Below, in pieces: positions 19,657 to 30,250 of a stretch of 64,000 nt of DNA. How positions within the stretch are numbered: position 1 is the stretch's first letter; every line of letters begins with the position of its first letter. The position numbers were made by a program, and so were the translations under genes. This DNA is from Candidatus Bipolaricaulia bacterium. GTDB taxonomy: Bacteria > Bipolaricaulota > Bipolaricaulia > RBG-16-55-9. The stretch spans positions 1 through 64,000 of the forward strand of contig JBDGQO010000003.1 of assembly GCA_042219045.1 (NCBI GenBank). Direction: 5' to 3'. Below the pieces are notes generated by a model. That model ran no database searches, had not been told where the DNA came from, and worked only from the letters and a program-made list of their open reading frames with translations.

Positions 19657-20886
19657 GTGACGAGTGTGGCTTGGGTTAAGGCATTCCTGATGGCGATTCC
19701 GCTTGCTATCGTGGCGGCCCGTTTCCTCCCGAGCCAAGTCCAATGGTATGGGCGCGTCGTATTGGGTGCAGCCATCGGCCTAGCCGTGGCGATCGGGGCA
19801 ACCATTGTCATTCCGCCCGGCTGGCTAACTTACATCGCCACATCGGTCGGCGTCTTTGCCGGAATCTACGCGATCATGACCCTCGGCTTAAACGTCCAAT
19901 GGGGCGGGTCCGGCCTGCTCAACTTCGGCATTGCGGCCTTTTTCGCCCTCGGTGCGTTCACGACGGGACTTGTCACGACAACCATGCCGTCAGGCATTCA
20001 GGCCCAGTTCAAACAGCAAGCCTTTGGGCTGGACGCCCCCTTCCTCGTCGGCGTGCTCGCCGCCGGACTTGTCTCCGGCATCGTTGCTTGGTTCATCGCT
20101 CGGGCGACCCTACAGCTGCGCCTGGATTACCTCGCGATCGCCACGATCGGCATCGGCGAAATCGTGCGCCTCATCTTTCAGAACGAGCGGTGGCTAGCGA
20201 ACGGGCCTCGACCGTTGAGCGGGATCCCGCAGCCGCTGTTCTGTCTCGTGGAGGATCCGTCGTGTGCTCGGCTGCCGGATTGGCTTACCGGCCTGTTTGC
20301 GCCCCTGACGCCGGGCGAGTATGGCTTTATCTACCTCGTCATCGTCATGCTCATCCTGTTCGTCCTCTACATCATCGTGGAGCGCATGACCCGCTCGCCG
20401 TGGGGACGGGTCTTGAGGGCCGTTCGCGAAGATCCCGATGCCACGTCCATGAGCGGCAAGGACGTCTCATCGTTCAAGGTCCAGGCATTTGTCCTCGGAG
20501 CGATCATCATGGGCATCGGCGGCGCGCTTTATGCCCACCACATTGCGGTCATTGACTACAGCAGCTTCCGACCGCTCCGGGCGACGTTTCTCATCTGGGT
20601 GATGCTGATGCTGGGCGGCAGCGGCAACAATCGAGGCGCCATCTTGGGCGGGATTCTCCTCTACGTGATCTGGACCTTCACCCAGGATGTGGCTAACATG
20701 AACATTGTTCGGTCGGCTTTAGCTGAAATCCACCCGGATCTTCCAGATCGAAGCCAGTACCTCCGGTACACGTTGGTCGCCATCTTATTGGAACTCATTT
20801 TGATTTTCCGGCCTCAAGGCATTCTGGCCGAGCGCAAGATCGTCTCGAAGCTGATGGGAACCGGAAAGAGGTCCGCTTCCGGTTAG
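19657..20886 (+). CDS. livM: Branched-chain amino acid ABC permease (LivM-like)
   Basis: LGLNVQWG..GLLNFG, DYLAIATIG, SPWGRVLRAVRED, LGGSGNN, RPQGIL. Confidence 0.9.
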   Translation: MTSVAWVKAFLMAIPLAIVAARFLPSQVQWYGRVVLGAAIGLAVAIGATIVIPPGWLTYIATSVGVFAGIYAIMTLGLNVQWGGSGLLNFGIAAFFALGAFTTGLVTTTMPSGIQAQFKQQAFGLDAPFLVGVLAAGLVSGIVAWFIARATLQLRLDYLAIATIGIGEIVRLIFQNERWLANGPRPLSGIPQPLFCLVEDPSCARLPDWLTGLFAPLTPGEYGFIYLVIVMLILFVLYIIVERMTRSPWGRVLRAVREDPDATSMSGKDVSSFKVQAFVLGAIIMGIGGALYAHHIAVIDYSSFRPLRATFLIWVMLMLGGSGNNRGAILGGILLYVIWTFTQDVANMNIVRSALAEIHPDLPDRSQYLRYTLVAILLELILIFRPQGILAERKIVSKLMGTGKRSASG

Positions 20887-20983
20887 TTGAAGCGCTGAGA
20901 AACGCTGAACCACCGACTGTTCAACATCTCCCCCGCCGAGGCAGTCGCCTAACGACTCCCCTGCGCCGACGCTCAATAATGGA

Positions 20984-21013
20984 AGCGGGGACCTGAGCAC
21001 TCAGGCCCCCGCT
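20984..21013 (-). terminator. GC-rich hairpin between the convergent livM and SBP genes
   Basis: AGCGGGGaCCTGA-gcac-TCAGGcCCCCGCT, followed on the minus strand by TCCATTATT. Confidence 0.6.
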
Positions 21014-21057
21014 CGCGTTGAACTTGAACGGACTCGGCGATGTCGGACGGAGATGTG

Positions 21058-22383
21058 TTATTTGGCGGGAACGTCTTGGATCGTTGTGACGGTCTCGATC
21101 CCCTCCTCGCCGTACTTCCAGATCTGGATACCGGCACCGGCCACGTCGCCGACCTCGTTGAAGTTCTGCTCGCCGGACGCGCCGGAGTAGTCGATGTCGG
21201 TGCCTCCGTTGATCTGCTCCAGACCGGCCATGGAGCCCTTGGGACCGACCCCAACGCTTTCACCCGGCGGGTTGGAGACGTCGCGAATGCGGTCGATTAG
21301 CACCGAGCCGCTGGTCGGGTCCTCACCGTCCGCAATCGCCTTGGCGATGGTCAACCCGACGATGAACGCGGCATCGTAAGTCTGCGCCATGAACGGCAAC
21401 GGAGGTGTCCGGCCGTAGCGCTCCGCATACATGTTGTTGAACATCTGGAACGACTCGCGGCCGCTGGGCGATCCTGGCGCTGTCCCGAACTGCCCCTGAA
21501 GGTTTTCGAGGCCGAGGGCGTCGATGTTGTCCTCGGACTTCGTGCCGTCGGTGTGCTGGAAGCTCGTGAAGTCGAACTGCTCCAGGGCCTCCTGCATAAA
21601 CACCGTCGACGCCCCCGGATAGCTCGGCGTAAGGATGATGTCCGGGTTGTTGGCCAACGCCTGCTCGAGGTCGTCCACGTAGGTCGGCTCAGGGGTGCCC
21701 GCTTGGTGCGGCACTTGGGCCAGGACCGTGCCGTCACGTCGCTCAAACGCGGCGGCGAAGACGTCGTTAAGGCCTTGGCCGTACGCGTTGTTGGTGTACA
21801 TGACCGAGGCCGTGTCGTTGGAGTAGCCGTCGACGATCTCGCCGCGCGCAAGCATGGCCGCCACGACACCCTGCTGCACGTCGGTTACGGTGGTGCGGAA
21901 GAACGTCTCATCGAACGGTGGCGCGCTGAAGACCGGCGACGTCGACGCCGGGGAAATCTGGAGCACGTTCGCGTCAACGGTCACCGACTCGGCGACGGCC
22001 TGGGACACACCGCTAGAGAGCGCGCCGATGATGGCCGGAACGCCCTGCTGGTTGACCAGGCTGCTGGCCCGATCGACACCCTGAGACGGGGCTGTGCCAG
22101 TGTCTTCGACAACCAGGCGCATGATGGGCCCGCCAAAGACTTGGTTTGCTGCGTTGTTGATGTGGTCCACTGCCAGTTGTGCGGCTCGCTCAAAGTTCGG
22201 GCCGAACTCCGAGAGGCCGCCGGTGAAGGCGAAGAGCGCACCCACAGGAACTTGCGGCGGCGCATCCTGGGCCATACCGCGGAACATGACCGGGCCGCTC
22301 AACGTCAACGCGCCACCAGCGGCTCCGATGCCCTTGAGGAAGCGGCGCCGACTGAGGAAAGCCAGTTGCTTGTTGTCAGCCAT
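21058..22383 (-). CDS. Branched-chain amino acid ABC substrate-binding protein (LivJ/K family) with a Tat signal
   Basis: SRRRFLK twin-arginine motif; AIIGALSSGV, QISPASTSP, FFRT, QTYDAA; AAGGAGG SD before ATG 22383. Confidence 0.9.
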   Translation of the reverse strand: MADNKQLAFLSRRRFLKGIGAAGGALTLSGPVMFRGMAQDAPPQVPVGALFAFTGGLSEFGPNFERAAQLAVDHINNAANQVFGGPIMRLVVEDTGTAPSQGVDRASSLVNQQGVPAIIGALSSGVSQAVAESVTVDANVLQISPASTSPVFSAPPFDETFFRTTVTDVQQGVVAAMLARGEIVDGYSNDTASVMYTNNAYGQGLNDVFAAAFERRDGTVLAQVPHQAGTPEPTYVDDLEQALANNPDIILTPSYPGASTVFMQEALEQFDFTSFQHTDGTKSEDNIDALGLENLQGQFGTAPGSPSGRESFQMFNNMYAERYGRTPPLPFMAQTYDAAFIVGLTIAKAIADGEDPTSGSVLIDRIRDVSNPPGESVGVGPKGSMAGLEQINGGTDIDYSGASGEQNFNEVGDVAGAGIQIWKYGEEGIETVTTIQDVPAK

Positions 22384-22688
22384 TATTCGACCTCCTTGTC
22401 TGGTGTTTGTAAAGTGGCAAACCTTTGAGGCTTTTCGAGGAGCGTTTTCCGCCTCTACCACCTCCTATCCCGTTTTAGGTCGATCTCTTGACAGAAAGTT
22501 TTATCATGAATTCGTGATCAGATCAAAGCCTGGCGGAGCGTCCATAGACTGTGGGCAGGGCATGCTGACCTCGAAGCCAGATGGCCGTGATGATCGTCGT
22601 GATGGTTGGAACGGCCGAATGCTCACGGGCTGCGGCTACGGCAAACGTTCCAGTTCGGCCGTTCATTGCCGGGTTTAACTCGGCTCAT

Positions 22689-25600
22689 TCAATCGGTGGG
22701 CTCGGGGCTCGCATCAGATTGCGGCGCATAGAGTCCCGTGTCGGGATGGAACGCGGCCCAGGCAAACCAATACATTGTCGACGCCGAAACACGCTCCAGT
22801 TCTGTGTCCTCTGTGGCCAGTGGACCAGTTTGGGCTTGGCCATCCCAGGACCACGTCGACCCCGTCTGCCGGTCGACTAATTGACTATCCTGGACCTGAA
22901 ATTCCAGCGGTTGCGCACGTCCCGGCACGGTTCGCTTGAAGACGACGACGTCGTCGACCTTAGGGTCCCAAACGACCACAATGGGAGTGTCCCCAACGGC
23001 ATCGTTGACGATCCGGTCCGCCTTGACAGCAGACTCCTTGTAGGCTTTGGTATCATCTTGAATGTGGAGGCCGGATACTTTCGCTTTCGGGACGAGCCGG
23101 TCGTCGCTGGCCAGCGTTCCGAACGTGCCGTAATCGCTGCTGACGTAGTCGGCGTAGGGATGCTTCGAATAATTGCGGACAAATTCGGCATTCCCTGCTT
23201 TGTCTCCCAGGGGAGGCGACCCGCCAATGGCGACATCCGGTGTCGGTCGTGCCAGCACTTGGGCTTCGGGGTGATGCTGCTTCCACGTGCTCCATCGCGC
23301 CATGTCGCTCGCGATGCGCTCCAGCGGGTCAGATCGTCCCACAAGTGGGCCGATCATCGGCCGGCCGGTAATCTGTTCCCAAAACGTGCCGGTCACGCGG
23401 TCGTACATAACCAGATTGGAGTTATAAAGCCGGCCCGTCGTGCCGAATTCCGCCCGTTTACCCTGGAATTCAGGGCGCTCGAAAACGACGCCCGAGTTGC
23501 AGAGCGGACAGAAGGTGGCAGCGATGGGCGTCCCGCTGATCGTGTCGTTGACGATCTCATGGTAGTTCAGGATGCGGGTGGGATAGGCCTTGGTCCGACC
23601 GTCGTGCTCGACGGTGAGCACCACGTCATCGGGCTTGAGCCATTCACTGGCGGATTGAGGCGTCTCGAACCGCGGCGTGTCGATACTAGGGATTCCGTCT
23701 GGAGGCTGTCCTCCGGAGCGCAAGCTCTCTCGGTCAAGCCATCCCGCGTAGCGGACGTTCTCCACGTTGACGTCGAAGCCCATCTCCTGGGCTTGATAGT
23801 CGGTCAGATACTTCCAGCCGAAGTCGCCACGCTTTACCTCGACGTTCGCGATGTTCGACTCGGCCTCGCTGGAAGCGGCATCCTGGTCCGTTGACGTCGT
23901 CGAGTTCGACCTCGAAGACGAGCTCGACGATGATCCTGATGAGGCCTTGGGCGCAAACAGCTCGGTCTCCGGATGGAACGCGGCCCAGGCAAACCAGAAC
24001 GTCGTCGTCGACGTCACGCGCTCAAGTTGGGCGTTCTGTTCGGCCAACGGCCCCGATTGGGCCTTTCCGTCCCAAGACCAGCTCGTGCCCGTCGTCGTGT
24101 CCACGAGCGTGCCGTCTTGGATCTCGAACGCCAACGGCTTGGGACGCTCGGGATGCTTGCGCTTGAAGACCACGACGTCGCCCAACTCGGGATTCCACGC
24201 CGCTAGTACCGGCACGCCTCCCACGAAATCGTTGACCACGCCCGTCTCCCGCACTGCTGATTTAAGATAGGCCTTGGCCTGATCCTGCAGCGTCACGCCG
24301 CTGACCCTCTGCTTCTTGGCCAGTCGATCGTCCTCAGTGGCGACGGGGAACATCAGGCTATTGCGATCCTCGTAGCCGGCGTAGGGGTTGTAGCCGTAGT
24401 CGCGCACTTGTCGCGCGTCCTGGGGATTATCGGTCTGCGGCGGCTCGCCGCCCATGGCCACGGCCGAGGTGGGACGCTTGAGCACGCGAGCATCCGGGTG
24501 GGCCTCCTTCCAGGTGGCCCACTTGGCCATGCTGTTGGGCAGTCGCTGCAGCTCGCCGAACTCGCCGACGAGCGGGCCGACCATCGGTGTTCCCTCGAGC
24601 TGGGACCAGAACGTGCCCGTGACGCGGTCGTACATCACCAGATCGGAGTTGTACAGTCGACCGGACGTGCCGAACTCCGCCCGTGTCCCCTTCAGCTCCG
24701 GTCGCACGAAGACGACGCCGGAACCGCAGAGCGGGCAGTACGTCGCGGCGATGGGGGTGCCGCCGATCGTGTCGTTGACGATCTCGTGATGATTCAGGAT
24801 CCGAATGGGATAGGCCTTCGCTTCGCCGTTGTGCTGCACCCCCAAGACGACGTCTTCGGACTTTAGCCACTGGCTGGCCGACTGGACCGACTGGAAGCGG
24901 GGGGCGTCGATGCTCGGAATGCCATCAGGCGGCGGTCCGCCGGACATGAGTTGATCCAGGTTGATCGTCGAGGCGTACTTGACGCTGGTCGGATCGACGT
25001 CGAAGCCCATTTCCTTCACGCGGCGCTGCGAAAAATACTTGCCGGACAGATCTCCCCTCTTGACCTTTGTCGCCACCGCTGAGGAGGAGGTCTCCGGGCT
25101 CGCCGACCCGCTTTCGGCCCCGTTCGACGACGCGCTCGAGCCGCTCTTGCCGAGCAGCGCCGCGACGCGCCGTTCCAACTCCTCGGGCGTGAACGCCCCG
25201 TTCTTGGCCGGCTGGCCGCCAATGGGCGCGATCTTGCCCTGCTCGTTGACAAAGAACGTTGTCGGCTGGGTGAAGAGCCGATATCCCTGCGAGACCTCGC
25301 CGTTCGGATCCATCAAGATCGGATAGGAGACGTCCACTTCCTCCTTGAGGAATTGCTGGACCGTGTCCTTGGATTCCATGAGATCGACCCCGAGGACGAC
25401 CAGGTCGTCCGAATGTTGCTCGTAGACGTCCTGGAAGTGGGGCATTTCGGCTTTGCAGGGCGGACACCACGTTGCCCAGAAGTTGAGGATCACGTTCTTC
25501 GTGCCCTGATAGTCGGCCAGTTCGATCATGCGGCCGTCGACCGTCTTGAGCCGAAAATTGGGAGCCGGATCGCCCACGTTGAGCTCGCCAGGCGCCTCCC

Positions 25601-25781
25601 CAATCAAGCCGAGTTCCTCGTTGGAGTTCGACGCCGAAAATGAGCTGGACGTCGTCGTCGACTCGCTGGAGATGTTCAGCACGTTGTCCAAGAACGCCGA
25701 TCGCACCGACGGCACCAGGCCGACGACGCCGATCCCAATCACCACAACCGCCAATGTGAGCGTTAGTATGCCACGCTTCAT
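22689..25781 (-). CDS. Exported TlpA/ResA-like thioredoxin fused to two DUF3179 domains
   Basis: N-terminal hydrophobic anchor; APNFRL..LNFWATWCPPC; two copies of DGIPSID.P.F / AYP.RILN.HEIVND / T[YF]CPLC / FGT.GRLYNS.LVMYDR / WFAWAAFHP.T. Confidence 0.85.
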   Translation of the reverse strand: MKRGILTLTLAVVVIGIGVVGLVPSVRSAFLDNVLNISSESTTTSSSFSASNSNEELGLIGEAPGELNVGDPAPNFRLKTVDGRMIELADYQGTKNVILNFWATWCPPCKAEMPHFQDVYEQHSDDLVVLGVDLMESKDTVQQFLKEEVDVSYPILMDPNGEVSQGYRLFTQPTTFFVNEQGKIAPIGGQPAKNGAFTPEELERRVAALLGKSGSSASSNGAESGSASPETSSSAVATKVKRGDLSGKYFSQRRVKEMGFDVDPTSVKYASTINLDQLMSGGPPPDGIPSIDAPRFQSVQSASQWLKSEDVVLGVQHNGEAKAYPIRILNHHEIVNDTIGGTPIAATYCPLCGSGVVFVRPELKGTRAEFGTSGRLYNSDLVMYDRVTGTFWSQLEGTPMVGPLVGEFGELQRLPNSMAKWATWKEAHPDARVLKRPTSAVAMGGEPPQTDNPQDARQVRDYGYNPYAGYEDRNSLMFPVATEDDRLAKKQRVSGVTLQDQAKAYLKSAVRETGVVNDFVGGVPVLAAWNPELGDVVVFKRKHPERPKPLAFEIQDGTLVDTTTGTSWSWDGKAQSGPLAEQNAQLERVTSTTTFWFAWAAFHPETELFAPKASSGSSSSSSSRSNSTTSTDQDAASSEAESNIANVEVKRGDFGWKYLTDYQAQEMGFDVNVENVRYAGWLDRESLRSGGQPPDGIPSIDTPRFETPQSASEWLKPDDVVLTVEHDGRTKAYPTRILNYHEIVNDTISGTPIAATFCPLCNSGVVFERPEFQGKRAEFGTTGRLYNSNLVMYDRVTGTFWEQITGRPMIGPLVGRSDPLERIASDMARWSTWKQHHPEAQVLARPTPDVAIGGSPPLGDKAGNAEFVRNYSKHPYADYVSSDYGTFGTLASDDRLVPKAKVSGLHIQDDTKAYKESAVKADRIVNDAVGDTPIVVVWDPKVDDVVVFKRTVPGRAQPLEFQVQDSQLVDRQTGSTWSWDGQAQTGPLATEDTELERVSASTMYWFAWAAFHPDTGLYAPQSDASPEPTD
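22728..25064 (-). repeat. Internal tandem duplication of the DUF3179 domain (~22728-23837 and ~23955-25064)
   Basis: Colinear repeated motifs; DNA ggatggaacgcggcccaggcaaacca and acgcggtcgtacat occur in both copies. Confidence 0.85.
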
Positions 25782-25866
25782 GATCGACTTTTCCTCCTCA
25801 AATTGAGCGTCGGCATCCTCACTCTAAGGTGGGAAGACGGGCGATGCCGTAAGGCGGCTTACACAT

Positions 25867-26751
25867 TCAATCGGTGACCTCGGCCCTCGGTTCACGTTCC
25901 GCCTGCGTCGCCAGATAGATGCCGCTCAACACGAGCACGCCGCCGACGACCTTCCACCACGTCAGGCCTTCGCCCAAGATGAAGAATGCCAGGATCGATG
26001 CGCCCACGGGCTCGCCCAGAATCAGGACGGCAACCGCCGCAGCCGAGACGTAGCGCAGCGCCCAGTTATACGAGCTGTGCCCAACGATTTGGGGCCCGAT
26101 CGCCAACAGCACCATCCAGACGTAGGTCATCGTCGGGTAGCCGACGAACGACATCCCACTCAGCGCGGCGGCAATGAGGGTCAGCACGGCCGCCATGCCG
26201 TAGACGATCGCGATATAGCTGAGCGCGTCCATCTTGGCCCGCACCCGCTGGCCGATTAAGAGATACCCCGAGTGAGCGATGCCACCCAACAGGGCGAGCA
26301 AATCCCCTGTCAACGCACGACCGCCAAGCGACAAATCGCCCGATCCGATCATGGCGCCCCCGAGAACGACGAGAACGATGCCGCCAATCAGCGCACGCGG
26401 CAGCCGTTCGCGCAAGATGAACACCGAGCCGAGCCCGACGAAAATGGGGTTCGTCGTCACCAAGATGACCGAGCTGGCGACGCTCGTGAGCTGCAACGAA
26501 CTGATCCAGAAAATGAAGTGAAGGCTCAAGAACGCCCCGCTGGCCAGCGACAACAGCCAGTCCTGCCGATCGAGGTCTCGGAGTTCGCTCCGGCGCAGCG
26601 CGAACGCGGTCGGTCCCACGAGCACGCCCGTGACCCCCAGCCGATAGGCGGCGATGATGATCGCCGGGGCCTCGGCCAGCTTGATCAGGATCGCGGCCGC
26701 GCTGATCACCCCGACCGCCACGAGCAAAACGGCGAAGACGCGTGGTTGCAT
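25867..26751 (-). CDS. DMT/EamA family transporter
   Basis: About 10 TM in two repeats; HFIFWISSL..TSVASS, GD.LAL, GH.SYNWAL, LGEPVGA. Confidence 0.9.
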   Translation of the reverse strand: MQPRVFAVLLVAVGVISAAAILIKLAEAPAIIIAAYRLGVTGVLVGPTAFALRRSELRDLDRQDWLLSLASGAFLSLHFIFWISSLQLTSVASSVILVTTNPIFVGLGSVFILRERLPRALIGGIVLVVLGGAMIGSGDLSLGGRALTGDLLALLGGIAHSGYLLIGQRVRAKMDALSYIAIVYGMAAVLTLIAAALSGMSFVGYPTMTYVWMVLLAIGPQIVGHSSYNWALRYVSAAAVAVLILGEPVGASILAFFILGEGLTWWKVVGGVLVLSGIYLATQAEREPRAEVTD

Positions 26752-26814
26752 CGCGATTTTCTCCGGATCTATAATCCCCTCAATTTCACCAATAACACGT
26801 CATGGAGGGAACCG

Positions 26815-27198
26815 ATGGCTTATCCCGCTGAGCTGAGATACACGAAAGAGCACGAGTGGGTCAAGGCGGAAAACGGCACCGTCGTCATGGGCATCACGGA
26901 CTTCGCGCAGGACGAGCTGGGCGACGTCGTTTTCGTCGAGCTTCCCGAGGAGGGAGCCGAGGTCCAGCAGGACGACGCCATCATCACCGTGGAATCCGTC
27001 AAGGCCGCGTCTGACGTGTATGCGCCCGTAAGCGGCACGGTCGCGGAGGTCAACTCGGACCTGGAGGATCAGCCGGAGCTCGTCAATGAGTCGCCGCACG
27101 ACAGCGGCTGGATGGCCCGCATCGAGATGAACGACGCGAGCGAGCTGGACTCGCTCATGAGCGCCGACGAATACGAGGAGCATATCGGCTCCGAATAG
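26815..27198 (+). CDS. gcvH: Glycine cleavage system H protein
   Basis: YTKEHEW, GITDFAQDELGDVVFVELP, lipoyl-Lys motif VESVKAASD; GGAGG SD before ATG 26815. Confidence 0.97.
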   Translation: MAYPAELRYTKEHEWVKAENGTVVMGITDFAQDELGDVVFVELPEEGAEVQQDDAIITVESVKAASDVYAPVSGTVAEVNSDLEDQPELVNESPHDSGWMARIEMNDASELDSLMSADEYEEHIGSE

Positions 27199-27283
27199 AA
27201 CCGATGGGCATCATCGCGACGCCCGTGGTCGAGCGTTATACTGCCCCCAGATCCGAGCTCCGCAAGAAACGGAGGGCCCATCT

Positions 27284-28620
27284 ATGAGCGAGTTCATCCC
27301 CCACACTCGCGACGACCAACGCCGGATGCTTTCGGCGATCGGCCTCAAGCATATTGAAGACCTCTTTGCGGACATTCCCCGCGAGATCCTCGACCGGTAC
27401 GAGCCGCTCGGCATTGAGCCGCTGAGCGAGCTCGAGGCGAAACAACACCTGAGCGACCTCGCCGGAGAGAACGTCGACCCCACGCGCACCGTGTCGTTTC
27501 TGGGCGGCGGCGTCTACGATCACCATATTCCCAGCGTGGCCGCTCATTTGATCCAGCGTTCGGAGTTTTTCACCAGCTACACGCCCTACCAAGCGGAGGC
27601 CAGCCAAGGGACGCTGACGTGGATGTTCGAGTTCCAGTCGCTGGTGAGCGAGTTGACGGGGCTTGACGTGGCCAACGGCTCCATGTATGACAGCAGCTCG
27701 GCTCTGGCCGAGGCGATGCTCATGTCGCACAACCTGACGCGCAACCATCGCTTCCTGATGCCACAGAACCTCCACCCGCACACGCGCCAGATCATCCAAA
27801 CCTACGCCTGGGCGGCCGATCTGGAGCTCGTCGAGATCCCCGCGACCGAGACGGGGCGGCTGGACCGCTCGGCGGTCGAGGCCCACGCCGCCGACGACGA
27901 GCTGGGCGGGCTGCTCGCGCAGTCCCCCAACTTCTTCGGCGTCATTGAAGACCTGAAGGGCTTGAAGGATCAGCTCGGCAAGGCGAAGCTGTGCGTCGAC
28001 GCCCACCCGCTGTCGCTGGGCATCCTGCAAGCCCCGGGCCACATCGGGGCCGACATCGTCGTCGGCGAAGGCCAGGCCTTCGGCGTCCCGCCCAGCTTCG
28101 GCGGCCCGCTGCTCGGAATGTTCGCGTGCCGCCACGATTACCTGCGCAAGCTGCCCGGCCGCATCTCCGGCCGAACCCAAGACGCCGACGGCAACGTCGG
28201 CTACATCATGACGCTGCAGACGCGGGAACAGCACATCCGCCGCGCCAAAGCCACGTCCAACATCTGCACCAACGAGGCGCTCTGCGCCTTGGCCGGCACG
28301 ATCGCACTGGCCGCTCTGGGCAAACGGGGCTTCCGCAAGCTCGCCGAGCTGAACGCGCAGAAGGCCCACTATCTGGCCCGCCAGATCGAGCAACTCCCGG
28401 GATTCGAGCTGGCCTACGACGCCCCGTTCTTCAACGAGTTCGCCGTGAAGACGCCCGTCCCGAGCGATCAGCTGCTGACGGATCTCCAAGACCAGGGCTA
28501 TCTCGGCGGCGTCGATCTGGCCCCCTACGGCCATGAGAACACGGTGCTGATCGCCGTGACGGAGAAGCGCACGCGCGATCAGCTCGACGGCTTCGTCGAC
28601 GCCCTGAAGGAGGCGACAGC

Positions 28621-28624
<4 letters not shown>
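27284..28624 (+). CDS. gcvPA: Glycine dehydrogenase subunit 1
   Basis: SFLGGG.Y.H, EFFTSYTPYQAEASQG, ANGSMYD, TLQTREQHIRRAKATSNICTN. Confidence 0.96.
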
Positions 28625-30117
<1,493 letters not shown>

Positions 30118-30250
30118 CGCGGTTCGGAGGCGTCGCCTCCTTGCACGAGAGGGCATAACGCGGGTTGCGAACCGAGCAGTCCGCTTGTACAACAGAGTAC
30201 CATCGAGAGCACACAATCGACTTGTATCGCATCAATGAGGAGGCACGCCA

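Noticed and set aside
22486..22500. CodY-like box upstream of the Liv binding protein
   Set aside because: Only about 10 of 15 positions match AATTTTCWGAAAATT, and there is no evidence for CodY in this organism
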